From sequence record NC_023610.1: a DNA stretch of 64,000 bases; one strand, written 5' to 3'. The notes under the pieces are model-generated. The model saw only the letters and a list, made by a program, of their open reading frames with translations. It searched no databases and was not told the origin of the DNA. The position numbers and the translations under genes are program-made. This document shows, piece after piece, positions 53,801-63,700 of the stretch. The first letter of the stretch is position 1. Every line of letters starts with the position of its first letter.

Positions 53801-55317
53801 GCCATCTTCAGGAAGCGACGACGTTCTGCCACGGACAACACGCCCTGAGAGAGCAGCTCTTGCGTCTGGGCATCAATCCCGGCAACCAGTGGGTCGGTGT
53901 TGTTCACCATTACTGGTACCTGAACGTCTTCCTCTACTTCTACCGGAATACTCACCGAGTGTGGTTGTTTCACCGGCTCGTTGGTTTTACCCAATACCGA
54001 TTTCACCGTCAGCTTTTTCCCTGCGCCCGCAGCACCCAACGTTTGCCCTGGGTTCACCGTGGGCGCAATACCGGTCGTGGGGTCACTGGAGACTTCGGCT
54101 TGCACCGTGTTCTCTCCGCTGTCACCCGTCACGGCTAACGCCACCGGTTCGTCCTCGGTGTTATCAGGAATGCTCTCCAGTACACGCGCAGGGTCAGCAA
54201 CGGAACGCAGGGCGGTCATGGAAGAGAGGTAAACCGAGAAGTTCTTGGACAGTGCGCTGAAGCCCAGCCCTTGTTTCCCTTGCTCTTTGTCTTCACGGAA
54301 CCCGTTCATGCGCCCCAGGTTCAACACGGAGAACTTACCGGATTCGGTGAACACCAGGTTCACTTTATCCAGATGCTCTTCCGGGATTAACCCCATCAGG
54401 GAATCAGCGCGGTTATCCGAAAGCCATTTCCACATGTCCGCAATCAACAGCTGGGTGTCATTCTCAAATAACCCTAGCGTCATGCGTGACATCTCTTCTA
54501 CCGAGACCCCCGATTCCATTGCAATCGAGTCACCCACGTTGAAGTGGAGTTCCATGTCGGTATCGAGAGGCGTTTCGTCAAAGCTTTCCAGGCCTGTGTC
54601 ATCGTCCGCGTAAAGCTCAGGGTGCGCCGCACGGAAGAACTCACCGTACGTGTCGAACTCTTGCTCTTCACGGTTCTGACGGTGGTCCTGGAGCGTATCC
54701 TGAAGGCTGTGTGACAGTGGAGCAAAGATTTGCGCCAGTGACATGGATTCGATGGCCCGATTCAGGTGCATACGCAGCGGAATCTTCTCCGGCAGACGAA
54801 CAATGATAAAGTGGTTACGGTCTGATTCCCCGACCACCTTCGCAATGTTCCCGTACACCGAACGCATCATGTTCTTAAAACGGTACAGGCGCGTTAACGG
54901 CAGCGGTGCGTACTTATACTGCAACGGAGCCAGACCGTAGTTGAACATAATCGGAACCTTCCGGTCCTGAAGCACACGTTCCCAGTTATCCACCCGGCGG
55001 AATTCCGGGTGCTTGCGCAGGTAGGTGCGAATCAGGTTGGTCAGGTTCACCGAACCAATGCGACGGACGTTCCCTTCCAGACTGTTCAACTCACCCAGCG
55101 TATCCACCGAGAGCAGATACGGTTTCTTGTTCGACAGGCGAACAGGGAAGAAGTTGATGTCCGGACCAAAGTCAGCCATCGACTGGGGGATATAATGGTA
55201 GACTGCGTTTTTAGGCGCAGCCCAGTTCTCAAGGTCGAACAGGCGGGGCATCCCAAGGTTGCCCACCGCCTTCACCCCGAACCGACGATAAAAGTCGGTG
55301 ATTTCGAGTTCGGTCAT
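50803..55317 (-). CDS. Virion RNA polymerase beta-like subunit (phiKZ gp178-like)
   Basis: 1504 aa; SGVGGRS, H..D.G..SEATVDSGDVG, DD.KR, T.EDS..IS, GDGDKLV.GNQLKS beta motifs. Confidence 0.9.
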   Translation of the reverse strand: MTELEITDFYRRFGVKAVGNLGMPRLFDLENWAAPKNAVYHYIPQSMADFGPDINFFPVRLSNKKPYLLSVDTLGELNSLEGNVRRIGSVNLTNLIRTYLRKHPEFRRVDNWERVLQDRKVPIMFNYGLAPLQYKYAPLPLTRLYRFKNMMRSVYGNIAKVVGESDRNHFIIVRLPEKIPLRMHLNRAIESMSLAQIFAPLSHSLQDTLQDHRQNREEQEFDTYGEFFRAAHPELYADDDTGLESFDETPLDTDMELHFNVGDSIAMESGVSVEEMSRMTLGLFENDTQLLIADMWKWLSDNRADSLMGLIPEEHLDKVNLVFTESGKFSVLNLGRMNGFREDKEQGKQGLGFSALSKNFSVYLSSMTALRSVADPARVLESIPDNTEDEPVALAVTGDSGENTVQAEVSSDPTTGIAPTVNPGQTLGAAGAGKKLTVKSVLGKTNEPVKQPHSVSIPVEVEEDVQVPVMVNNTDPLVAGIDAQTQELLSQGVLSVAERRRFLKMAERYKELPAPFDDGTSKTLAEFMDIPHGKLWDFKPRKIPDNEHVPDKSMLESTLMDYDPVYIKEVFHKDTARMVMHFQKAGFAITQYDVERNTDALNDLNSYVLKFNPVSGISTPVKFQLPVIQESGKYMVGGVKYYMRKLRTDKPIRKIADNQVSLSTYYPNKLMVMRSGKKVDNYGTWLTDGMRANILSESATIEKVVYGKSYAPQQPVPRTYSAVAMEFVEFQTKGYQFFFDYPNIMNNFGATPKSNDYVPVAKALKGNGLLYMDHNGYLYNGLGPEMKTIGSFAEFVGMYPAKEPTEIATVTVLGEEVPLAAVLTYLVGIKGLTEMIGGPDRRRVKGTKRDTTDKEFEIAFEDEIWVFPKNGTTRSLVWGSLSAWRRGLRSMPMSDFDSRDSFFPLFNEYGLNARHLREIDLLDKLFIDPISADVLRQMKEPDNFVPLLIKAAHYLVTDEYPDDQSADYALYKGYERMNGAVYRSICKSVRQYASHPNRGKAAVDVNPFDVLMSIQQDPSVSLVEESNPIHNLKEKESVTYSGVGGRSKRSMVRRTRAFHPTDVGTRSEATVDSGDVGINFSLSANPNLTSLRGTTVGLDAAETGTARMLSTSALVSPFATYDDPKRVNFISIQQDHAVATVGTEISPIRTGYERVMAHRVDDLFAKTAKSAGKITEKTDEYVVITYDDPKLGEERIEIGRRFGTVTGKCFPHDLVCDLEVGTKFKEGAGIAYNTGFFARDWRNPMDLCWKNGAQAYVGLWETNDTYEDSSRISRRLSGKLLANTSHIRTILLNFDQNAHQLVKVGDVLDVDDVLCYIEEALAGQSSLNDETVENLKRLSRSAPRAKYKGTVDKIEVIYFGDKEDMSASLSKIATKADGQRARLAKALGKGAATTGRITTPARVDGQQVDLNMVAIRVFITGQTLMGDGDKLVVGNQLKSVITGTIEGTFQTDGEVIKGAGPVDVDVQFSYRSINARIVNSPILMGIGNLLLEALGREMAAKFNA

Positions 55318-55324
55318 TGTCCGA

Positions 55325-56953
55325 TTATCCTGTAATGTTGCTCAGCAAGAGTTCCACGTTGTCTACCACCGCTGTACGCTTGAGGCGACCATCGACGTGC
55401 ACGAACCACTCTTTCTGACGACGCAGTTTGGCAAACTCTTGGTTCGCTTCACGGCTGTAAGTGGCAGTCCAGGTCATACGGTCACCATCGTGGTCTGCCG
55501 TTAACCCTTTCAGGTTGGCCAGATGCGGTGACAGGGTTTCAATGAACGTGGCATCAATAGACTGGTCCGGGAACGCCGTTGCTACGAAGTCATCGCCCAT
55601 TCGTTTCCAGTCATCGCCCAATTCAGGAATCATGGTCGAAGTGGTCGTGGTGAGCAAACGCATGTAGGCAACCAGCGTCGAGCCGTCCCCTGCTACTGGG
55701 TAACGTGTTGAAATTCCGGAGAACTCATGCCAGTGACGGTACCCACTAAGATAGATGAGGGTCGTCAAATTTAACGGATAGACTTTCGCTTTGTCGAAGC
55801 CGTCAGGGAGTTCGTTGATGTCGGAGAACACCTTGAACCCTTGTGGACCTACGTAGACCAGCCCGAGGTAATAGCCGTCGATACGAATGGGACGTTGGCG
55901 GTATTCCTTCTTCGCCAGTTTATTGACCAGCGACTCCAGGCCTTCGCGAGTTGAGTATTTCTCGAAGTCTTCCACCGAGACCGAGACCCGTTCCGCGTTC
56001 AGGGTCTTGGCGTTAGTCAGGAACACGTCCGACCCCGCCTCACCGCCGAACTTCTTCCCGAGCCAACCCGTACGCAGGTAGTAGATGGTTTGCGGCAGGA
56101 CAGACTTCACTCCCTGGAACAACCCCATCTGAATGTCATCAATCCCCGGGGCGTCTTTTGCCCCTAACCGACTGGTGGTAACAATCATCGGGGAGATAAC
56201 GTTCGCCGTCCCGTTACGAACCTTACGTGATGCCCACTTCCCGAGCGCCATCCCGCCTTTCCCGTCGATAAAGTTGATAACCATATCGTAGAGTTGACTA
56301 AAGGCGTTCTGTAAGGCCATACGCGGCACGTTCAGTACCGGGTCGTTCTTACTGGTTTCGGTAATGCTGATACTGTTGGAGGTGGCAATCATGCTGCGAT
56401 AGAAGCTGTTGATTTCATCCTCACTGGTCCGCCCGGTACCCGGGTCAACCTGGATGTCACGTAAACCGGCAGGCATCACCAGGACGTGTTTCGTCGTGGC
56501 GTTCTCACGGTTCTTGTCAATCAGCTGGATACGCATGTTACGTATAGACGAGTCACCCGGGGTAAAGACCAGTTCCGGGAAGTACTTCATGAAGAAAGCA
56601 AACCCGGTGTCACCCTCGATAGGGTCAGACGGCACAAAGTCTTTCGCTTCTGCGTTCCACACCGCGTAACGTTTACCGGAAATGACGTCCAGGTACAAAC
56701 GCTTCAGGGTGCCCAGGCGTTTAAGAATCAGTGGGTGGAAGATTGAGGTGTGCAGCTCGATGTAACTGAAACGTTTATCGCGTTCCTTGCTGCCGAGGGG
56801 ACCAAACGTTTCCACGCTGAACAACCCGTCCTTATTAAGGTTGTTTGTCCCGGTCTCAAAGATTTCCCCGGTCGTCGTCGGTCGCATCGACCTTAGCAGC
56901 TCTGGGGTAACGCGGAGCAGCCAGACGTTGAAGGGTACGGTATTAAGACGCAT
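55325..56953 (-). CDS. Virion RNA polymerase beta'-like subunit (phiKZ gp180-like)
   Basis: GLFS.E.FG, YIEL...IFHP, V.P.G.RD, RYPV and catalytic ADHDGD motif. Confidence 0.9.
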   Translation of the reverse strand: MRLNTVPFNVWLLRVTPELLRSMRPTTTGEIFETGTNNLNKDGLFSVETFGPLGSKERDKRFSYIELHTSIFHPLILKRLGTLKRLYLDVISGKRYAVWNAEAKDFVPSDPIEGDTGFAFFMKYFPELVFTPGDSSIRNMRIQLIDKNRENATTKHVLVMPAGLRDIQVDPGTGRTSEDEINSFYRSMIATSNSISITETSKNDPVLNVPRMALQNAFSQLYDMVINFIDGKGGMALGKWASRKVRNGTANVISPMIVTTSRLGAKDAPGIDDIQMGLFQGVKSVLPQTIYYLRTGWLGKKFGGEAGSDVFLTNAKTLNAERVSVSVEDFEKYSTREGLESLVNKLAKKEYRQRPIRIDGYYLGLVYVGPQGFKVFSDINELPDGFDKAKVYPLNLTTLIYLSGYRHWHEFSGISTRYPVAGDGSTLVAYMRLLTTTTSTMIPELGDDWKRMGDDFVATAFPDQSIDATFIETLSPHLANLKGLTADHDGDRMTWTATYSREANQEFAKLRRQKEWFVHVDGRLKRTAVVDNVELLLSNITG

Positions 56954-56994
56954 CTTATGGAGTCCCCATGTGAGTTCAGTTGAGGGAAAGTTTT

Positions 56995-59900
56995 ATGGCT
57001 GGTAAAAAACAAAAGGTCGATATCGACGACTACGGTATGGATTTCGACTTTGATGATGATTGGGATGACGGTGAAACAACGTTCAACCCATCCGGAAGTA
57101 GTAGTAACGGTAGCCGTAACCCCGTACTGAATTCCGGTAAAACTGTATTGAAGTCAATGGGGGAAACCGCACTGACTCCGGCATTTGTGCGCGACACCCT
57201 TAAGGTGGCACTGCCGAAAGAGTTCTCGACCACGCTCGATAACTTAGACCGCTACTCTGGCGATTTCCGCAAGATGCAGCAGGACATCAGTACGGAACTG
57301 CGCCCAACGCTTAACTCGTTTAAGCAGATGACCCGCACAGTTAACCGTCTGATTCCTAACCCGTTCCAGGACAAGATTGAGAAGCTGCTGGCTAACAAGG
57401 ACACCGGGCCCGATTTAGGGAAAGTGGACCTGGAGCAAGCGGCTGTCGATTCACAGCTGGGTGAAGTCTTTGCTCAGCAGCAGCAACAGGACCGTAATCA
57501 GGAGCGGGCGGAGAAAGTCATCGACCGCATGTCGCAAGAAGACTTCCGGTCAAAAATCTTCGATGCGGTCAGTGCAATCCGTAACGCCACGGTGCAGAGT
57601 AACAGCTACCAGATGTCGGTCCAGCGTGCTTACCAACGTAAGTCACTGGAAATCAGAATCCGTCAACTGGTCGCCACTCGCGGTATCCTTGACGTTACCC
57701 GCAAGAGCGCCGAGGAAAGTTCCCAGCTCTTACGTGATATCGTGAAGAACACCGGTCTCCCAGAGTTTGCCAAAGAAGAAGCGTCGGAACACTTCCACCG
57801 CTTAGCGCGTCAGCGTCTCTTTGGTGCCGCTCAGGAGAACATCGGCGAGTTCATGCGTAACTACATGAGCAAGGTCGGTAAAGGCTACGCTGACATGGCC
57901 AAGGAGAAGATGCAGCAGTTCCGCGGCTTCTTCGACAGCGGTCGTCAGATGGCTGACGATATTGAGATGCAGGCGCAGCAAATGCGTGACATGGGGATGG
58001 ACCCCAAAGAGATGGCCCTGGAACTGTTCGGGCAGTCTCTCATGCAACGCGTGGGAACCAGAGCAGGGGCCTGGGTTGGTAAACGCTTACCTTACCGTCA
58101 GGGTGCCTCTAACCTCTTTGGTTACGCGAACGAGTTTGCCACGAACTTGCCTGCGAACATGCGGAATCTCGCCCGTAAGCAACAGTACGGTGGTTTCCTG
58201 CACAGCGCGCTCAAACCGTTCGACCAGTCGTATAACGACGGGGGTGTGGTCCGTACCGGTGGTCTATCCGGTTTGACCGGTAACAATGACATGGAGATGC
58301 GTAAAGTCCGTGCCCTGGAAGAAATCATTCCTGGGTACCTCTCCCGCATCCTACATAGCATTGACATCATGCGAACGGGCAATGAGAACTTGCCGCGCAC
58401 GGTGTACAGCGGTCAGAAGGGCGCTTTCGTCCAATTCGATGAAGCGGTGAAACTGGTGCGAAAATCTGCACTGAATGACACCGACATCGAAGACCAGCAA
58501 GGGTACGTCAAACAGCTCGTTGACCAGATTGACCCGACCGGGAAGTTGCGGGGTAAAGACCGCGATGTACTGGAACGTCACCTGATGAAAGAGATGCACG
58601 GCGTTAACCGTTGGGACCCGGAAGCAATTGCTAATAAAGGTGTCGATGGTGTAACGGGCCGTGGGAACCGTTTGTTGTCTATCCTGATGAAGGACCGCTA
58701 CGGTCTCCAGCACGATGCAGCAACTGGGAAGTACTCCGCCCACCTATGGAAATCCCGTAACGACCTGCGTGACCAAGACTCCCAAATCTTCAAGCGGGGC
58801 CAGGACCGGGTTAAAGCGTTACGTCCTTCTATTACCGGGATTACTAACTCGGGTGACATGGAAGCGGCGATTGCTGAAGGTCTGGTTATCTGGGACGGTT
58901 CCAACTGGGTCATGAACACCAAGTATTACGACGAGCGTTCTGCTGACCTGTTAGCGAACAAACGCCAACGTGTACGTATCGACCCCCATAACCCCGCAGC
59001 GGGGGCGAATGGGTTCTCCTCCGGTCTGGGTGGTGGCCCTACTCCACCGCCGCCTGCTGCCGGTGGGTTCGGTGGGATGTTCGACCGCTTTAAGGGACAC
59101 GAGGAAAAAGAAGGGAACATCAGTAACCGAAATGGCCGCGGTATCATTAAAGCGATTCGTGACCAGACCGATGAACTGATGACCTTCCTCGAACCGAAAG
59201 GGCACACCGACCACGAGATGTACCAGCACATGATTGATGCCATTGATGAAGTGGCGGAAATCCTCGAGCAGGGTGTCACCTTGAACGGAACAGGGGGTGC
59301 CTCAACAGGGGGTGCCGGTGAACGGAAGAAGTCCCTGATTCGTCGGGCGCTCTCTCGTGCACGTAAAGGCGGAACCTGGGCTGGGAAGAAAATCTGGGAC
59401 ATCAGCGGGTACCCGATGCGGGCACTGAACTGGGCCAGGAAGAAGATACCGGGTCGGAAGATGTTCAACTGGGGCAGTGAGAAACTGAAGAACTTCGGTT
59501 CCAAGGTAGATGCACTGCGCAGCGATGTTTACGTCATGGGCGTCAATGGGTTCCGTCGGGCGCTGGATATGGCCGGGTTCGCAGAAGGTCGTTACCGTGA
59601 CATGAAGACCGGGAAACCGATTTTCAACATCAAGGACATCACCGGGGCGGTGTACGACACCATCTTAGGGAAACAGGTCCTGAGTGAAGAAGAGTTCCAG
59701 GGTGGACTGCTGAACTCGCTGGGCAAGAAAATCAAAGACGGTGTCATTGGTCGAGTGAAGAACGCGGGCAGTCGCGTCATGGGTTGGGTAACGAACCCGG
59801 TGACCAGCATGTGGGCGAACATCAAGAAGGGGATGCAGGGGGCGAAAGAGTTCCTGATGGCTCCTCCGGATATCTACGTGTTGGGTGAAACCACCCCTCG

Positions 59901-62900
59901 TTGTAAAGGTGATTTGTTCTACCGTGGCTTCTACTATTCCGGCGTCACCGGGAAACCGTTGAAGACCCTCGGGGACATTGATGGCGATATCATCACTTTC
60001 GACAACATCTCGGGCGAACGTAAGGTGGTCATCTCCAAAGATGAAATCGAACGGGGCCTGTACGACTCACGTGGCAACAAACTGACTTCGCTCTTGACCA
60101 AGTTCAAGAATGCAGCCGGTTGGGCGCGTGATAAAGTCAAAGGGTTGTGGAACGCACCGAAGCGTCTGCTGGATTGGGCGAAGAACGGTATCAAGGGTAT
60201 CGGTACCGGACTGGGTAAACTGTTGGGTGGGACAAAACCGGAGATTGGTCAGACCTACTGGCTGAAGCGCATCTTCCACCTCCTCTACAACAAGTTCTCA
60301 GGGAAGCCGTTAGGTGAAGGCCTGAGTGAGGCGTTGAAGGAAACCGGGAACAAGGTGGGTGAAGCGGCGTCCCGACTGAAAGACGAAGCCGTGGCCAAAG
60401 GACGGAAATGGTGGAATTTCGGTCGGAGCAAGTACGACGAGGCCAAAGGGTCGGTTGCTGCGCAGAAAGCCGCAGAGTACCGTGACCAGTTGAAGGAGCG
60501 TTCAGGTTCCTGGCTCAACCGTCAAATCGAAGCAGGAAAGAATAAGTACCACGCTTACCAGGCAGGGAAACCCCTGGGCGATAAGAAAGAAGGTATCTTC
60601 GGGTTACTGAAGAATGGCTTCGGACTCATCGGTGGCGTGCTGATGGGAATCAAGCAGGGCTTCGGGACCTTTGCCGGGAAACTCTTTGGGTGGTTACCAA
60701 AACTCCTGATGGCAAAACGGGGCGCTGACCTGGCAGGTGACATTGCGGATGTGGCCTCTGGTGCAGGCGGTCGTGGTCGTGGTGGTTTGTTACGTCGTGG
60801 TGCACGTGCGTTAGGTAAAGGGGCATGGTGGGCTGCGAAAGGCTTGACGGTTGGTGGTGGCGGGATGTTACTGCGTGGTGGGATGGCACTCGCTTCCATG
60901 GCGGGTGGTCTGCTGTCTGCGCCGGTTGTCCTGGGCCTGGCTGTTGCGGGTGGTGCTGCTTACCTTATCTACAAAGGGTGGAAAGCCTACTCTGAACGTC
61001 TCGACCTGATGCAGCGTATGCGTCTGGCGCAGTACGGTGCAGACCTGGGGAACAAAGAGCAGTGCGGTAAAATCCTCGCCTTCGAGGAAACGGTACTCTC
61101 CAAGTATACCCGGACTGACGGTAACGGTGGTGTAACATTGCAACCGATGCCGTTCGGCGAATTGATGCAGGCCTTCGGGGTTAACCCGTCTGCACGCTTC
61201 ACCGTTCACAACTGGGCCAACTGGTTTGACCGTCGCTTTAAACCGGTCTTCATCAAGAACGTGTCAGAACTGTACAAAGTGAGCCCGAAAGGAAACCTCG
61301 CGAAGTCTGGGAGTTACGACAACGGCTTGAAACCACAACTGGCGAAGGCCACGAAGATTGAGGCACCGGCGAGTCAATCGCCGTACTACGTGCAGCAGTC
61401 ACCGTTCCCGAACCAGACCAGTCGTACGGGTACCGCCATGGTTGATGCAACTATCGCGGCAGTGGTCGAAGAATACGGTAAGGACGAGAAGACCTACCGT
61501 GGTCGTCAGGAAGTGCAGGAACAGCAGAAAGGGAAAGTGGCAGTCGATGCCAACGGGAACTATCTGGCTGCAACGACCGTTGACCCGGATGCGAAAGTCA
61601 TCAAAGGACAGAAGCTCACTTACCAGGCCGGACCAAACAACCGTATCCTGGACCAAATGGGTGGGTTGGGTGACCGTTCGACCATGGCACGCATTACTGG
61701 TGACCAAGCGACGGACGATGCGTTGTTGAAGAACAACCGCATTGATGACCTGACCTCTATCCGACTCAAGGTGTACGGCTTAACCAGCCTCGACCGTATT
61801 TACGTCGATACCCTGATGCAGTTCGAACGGGACATGTATCAGAACGTCACTGTCGCCAATAACGGCGTGGCGTCTTTCAACGGTAATGCGGACGACGTGT
61901 ACAACAAGTACTGTGCGAAGTTCAGTTTGGGCTTTGGTGATACCGATGCCCGTATTACGTGGACGACGTGGTTCCAGAACCGCTTCCTCCCGGCGTTCCT
62001 GAACTTTGTGGCGCAGACCAAGAAGATTAACCCGAACCAGGACGTCTTCACCGCGTGGCAGTCGTACAAAGCGGCTGACCTGCTGAAGATTGCCAACTTC
62101 GTTTCCGATGCCCGTGCAACGGTTAACGGCCAACGCATCAGCGTGTGGGCAGTTAAGGTGTCTCCATTCCCTGGAGAAACCGCAGGAACGGACGGAACGG
62201 TTATCCAGAAGAACCTGGAAGTCTTCAAGCAAGCGCAAGAGAAAGAACAGTACCAAGAGTCGGAAGCCGCAGCGCGAGCTATTCGTGAGAAGTACACGGG
62301 CGTAAAAGTCAATGCACTCTCCGATAAAGGTCGTGTTGAGCTAACCAGTCGGGTTAACAACCTGATGGCGGACATGGCGAAAGCCACAGGGAACACATCA
62401 GGGTACCAAGGGATTCCGACTGGGGGTGCGTACGGTACCTCGTTTGAGTCCGCAGGGACCGGCGGGATGTACGGGTCCGGTAATGTGCCGAAGGTGAAAC
62501 TCTCGGGTTCAGCCAAACAGCACGCGGACACGGCAATGAAGTTTGCACAGGCGAACGGGATTGCCGGAGAAGAGTTGGCGTTGTTCATGGGAACGCTCGC
62601 ACACGAGTCCGGTAACTTCTCTGCAACACTGGAGAAAGGGTCGGGCGCGAAGTACGAGAACAACAAGAACCTCGGGAACACTCAACCTGGCGACGGGGAG
62701 CGGTTTAAAGGTCGTGGTTGGATTCAGTTGACCGGGCGTAACAACTACGCTCACTACGGGAAACTGACCGGTCTCGACTTGTTGAATCACCCTGAGCTGG
62801 CAGAGATTCCAGAGAACGCCAACAAACTGGCAGTGGCCTACTGGCAAGACCGAGTCATTCCGATGATTCGACAGAAGCGTGCGAAGTTCGATGTTCTGAG

Positions 62901-63648
62901 CGTAGCACGTGCGGTGAACGGTTGGTTTGAAGACCGGATGCCGAACGGAATGGATGACCGTATTCTGAAGACTAACCAGTGGCGACAGATTCTGAATGGC
63001 GGTGGTGACATCCCACTGTCTGACCGTGGGGCTTCCGAGAACCCGGGTGGGCAGGTACAGGCAGGTGGCGGACAGGAAACGACCCCACCGTTGTCACAAG
63101 CTGCTAAAGCAGCAAACCCATACGACTCAATTGCCAATTCAGTCACTTCTCCGAAAGGAGGAGCCGCTGGCGGACAGGAAACTGTACCGTCTATCGCGAA
63201 TGCTGCAACCGACCCAATTCCTACGGGAAGCGGACGCGGTCTACAGAACCTGAAAGGAATGAGTGCCTCTAACCCAACGATGCAACCGCAAGCCAACCCA
63301 TCGGCTGAGGTCGTTGACCACAAACGTCTGCAAGTGGCGCGTAGTGTGATTGAAAATAATCAGGTACGTCAAACGCAGCAGGCGGTAACCGAACAGGCGA
63401 AAGCCACAGGGTCGGCTGTGGAATGGTTAGAGAAATCGTATGGCGTGCAGAACGACTCCCTGACCCAACTGAAACAGTTGGTGAAAATCATCTCCGAAGG
63501 CGGCCTCTTTGGCGGCGCGAACGAGAAGAAAGGGGAGTCGAAGAATCCGTCCACCGCAGAACGCACCATGAACGATATCCCGATTAAGTCGGGGTTAGGT
63601 CAGAATGGTAGCGGTGCCCTGCCGTTCAGTACAAAACGCGGCGGTTAA
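56995..63648 (+). CDS. Large tail protein / tape-measure-like virion lysin (phiKZ gp181-like) with C-terminal GH19 lysozyme domain
   Basis: ~2217 aa helical protein with hydrophobic Gly-rich segments; AHESG...GDG.RFKGRGWIQLTGRNNY GH19 motif at ~62580-62990; divergent from vRNAP beta' as in phiKZ. Confidence 0.85.
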   Translation: MAGKKQKVDIDDYGMDFDFDDDWDDGETTFNPSGSSSNGSRNPVLNSGKTVLKSMGETALTPAFVRDTLKVALPKEFSTTLDNLDRYSGDFRKMQQDISTELRPTLNSFKQMTRTVNRLIPNPFQDKIEKLLANKDTGPDLGKVDLEQAAVDSQLGEVFAQQQQQDRNQERAEKVIDRMSQEDFRSKIFDAVSAIRNATVQSNSYQMSVQRAYQRKSLEIRIRQLVATRGILDVTRKSAEESSQLLRDIVKNTGLPEFAKEEASEHFHRLARQRLFGAAQENIGEFMRNYMSKVGKGYADMAKEKMQQFRGFFDSGRQMADDIEMQAQQMRDMGMDPKEMALELFGQSLMQRVGTRAGAWVGKRLPYRQGASNLFGYANEFATNLPANMRNLARKQQYGGFLHSALKPFDQSYNDGGVVRTGGLSGLTGNNDMEMRKVRALEEIIPGYLSRILHSIDIMRTGNENLPRTVYSGQKGAFVQFDEAVKLVRKSALNDTDIEDQQGYVKQLVDQIDPTGKLRGKDRDVLERHLMKEMHGVNRWDPEAIANKGVDGVTGRGNRLLSILMKDRYGLQHDAATGKYSAHLWKSRNDLRDQDSQIFKRGQDRVKALRPSITGITNSGDMEAAIAEGLVIWDGSNWVMNTKYYDERSADLLANKRQRVRIDPHNPAAGANGFSSGLGGGPTPPPPAAGGFGGMFDRFKGHEEKEGNISNRNGRGIIKAIRDQTDELMTFLEPKGHTDHEMYQHMIDAIDEVAEILEQGVTLNGTGGASTGGAGERKKSLIRRALSRARKGGTWAGKKIWDISGYPMRALNWARKKIPGRKMFNWGSEKLKNFGSKVDALRSDVYVMGVNGFRRALDMAGFAEGRYRDMKTGKPIFNIKDITGAVYDTILGKQVLSEEEFQGGLLNSLGKKIKDGVIGRVKNAGSRVMGWVTNPVTSMWANIKKGMQGAKEFLMAPPDIYVLGETTPRCKGDLFYRGFYYSGVTGKPLKTLGDIDGDIITFDNISGERKVVISKDEIERGLYDSRGNKLTSLLTKFKNAAGWARDKVKGLWNAPKRLLDWAKNGIKGIGTGLGKLLGGTKPEIGQTYWLKRIFHLLYNKFSGKPLGEGLSEALKETGNKVGEAASRLKDEAVAKGRKWWNFGRSKYDEAKGSVAAQKAAEYRDQLKERSGSWLNRQIEAGKNKYHAYQAGKPLGDKKEGIFGLLKNGFGLIGGVLMGIKQGFGTFAGKLFGWLPKLLMAKRGADLAGDIADVASGAGGRGRGGLLRRGARALGKGAWWAAKGLTVGGGGMLLRGGMALASMAGGLLSAPVVLGLAVAGGAAYLIYKGWKAYSERLDLMQRMRLAQYGADLGNKEQCGKILAFEETVLSKYTRTDGNGGVTLQPMPFGELMQAFGVNPSARFTVHNWANWFDRRFKPVFIKNVSELYKVSPKGNLAKSGSYDNGLKPQLAKATKIEAPASQSPYYVQQSPFPNQTSRTGTAMVDATIAAVVEEYGKDEKTYRGRQEVQEQQKGKVAVDANGNYLAATTVDPDAKVIKGQKLTYQAGPNNRILDQMGGLGDRSTMARITGDQATDDALLKNNRIDDLTSIRLKVYGLTSLDRIYVDTLMQFERDMYQNVTVANNGVASFNGNADDVYNKYCAKFSLGFGDTDARITWTTWFQNRFLPAFLNFVAQTKKINPNQDVFTAWQSYKAADLLKIANFVSDARATVNGQRISVWAVKVSPFPGETAGTDGTVIQKNLEVFKQAQEKEQYQESEAAARAIREKYTGVKVNALSDKGRVELTSRVNNLMADMAKATGNTSGYQGIPTGGAYGTSFESAGTGGMYGSGNVPKVKLSGSAKQHADTAMKFAQANGIAGEELALFMGTLAHESGNFSATLEKGSGAKYENNKNLGNTQPGDGERFKGRGWIQLTGRNNYAHYGKLTGLDLLNHPELAEIPENANKLAVAYWQDRVIPMIRQKRAKFDVLSVARAVNGWFEDRMPNGMDDRILKTNQWRQILNGGGDIPLSDRGASENPGGQVQAGGGQETTPPLSQAAKAANPYDSIANSVTSPKGGAAGGQETVPSIANAATDPIPTGSGRGLQNLKGMSASNPTMQPQANPSAEVVDHKRLQVARSVIENNQVRQTQQAVTEQAKATGSAVEWLEKSYGVQNDSLTQLKQLVKIISEGGLFGGANEKKGESKNPSTAERTMNDIPIKSGLGQNGSGALPFSTKRGG

Positions 63649-63653
63649 CTATA

Positions 63654-63681
63654 GGGGGAGGAAACTCCCCCTTCCTTTTTT
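63654..63681 (+). terminator. Intrinsic terminator
   Basis: GGGGGAG-GAAA-CTCCCCC-TTCCTTTTTT. Confidence 0.8.
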
Positions 63682-63700
63682 AGCAACGGAGTAACAAGCA

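Noticed and set aside
50803-56953. Intein or group I intron in the RNAP genes
   Set aside because: Both ORFs are uninterrupted. The insertions are acidic linkers lacking C/S-start, HN-C/S/T-end or LAGLIDADG motifs.
1654-63323. Long antisense or overlapping ORFs in the track (e.g. 708-1436, 1654-2391, 5824-7029, 7267-8562, 31103-32002, 61839-62681)
   Set aside because: They shadow well-supported genes on the opposite strand, as expected from codon bias; no RBS or recognisable motifs.
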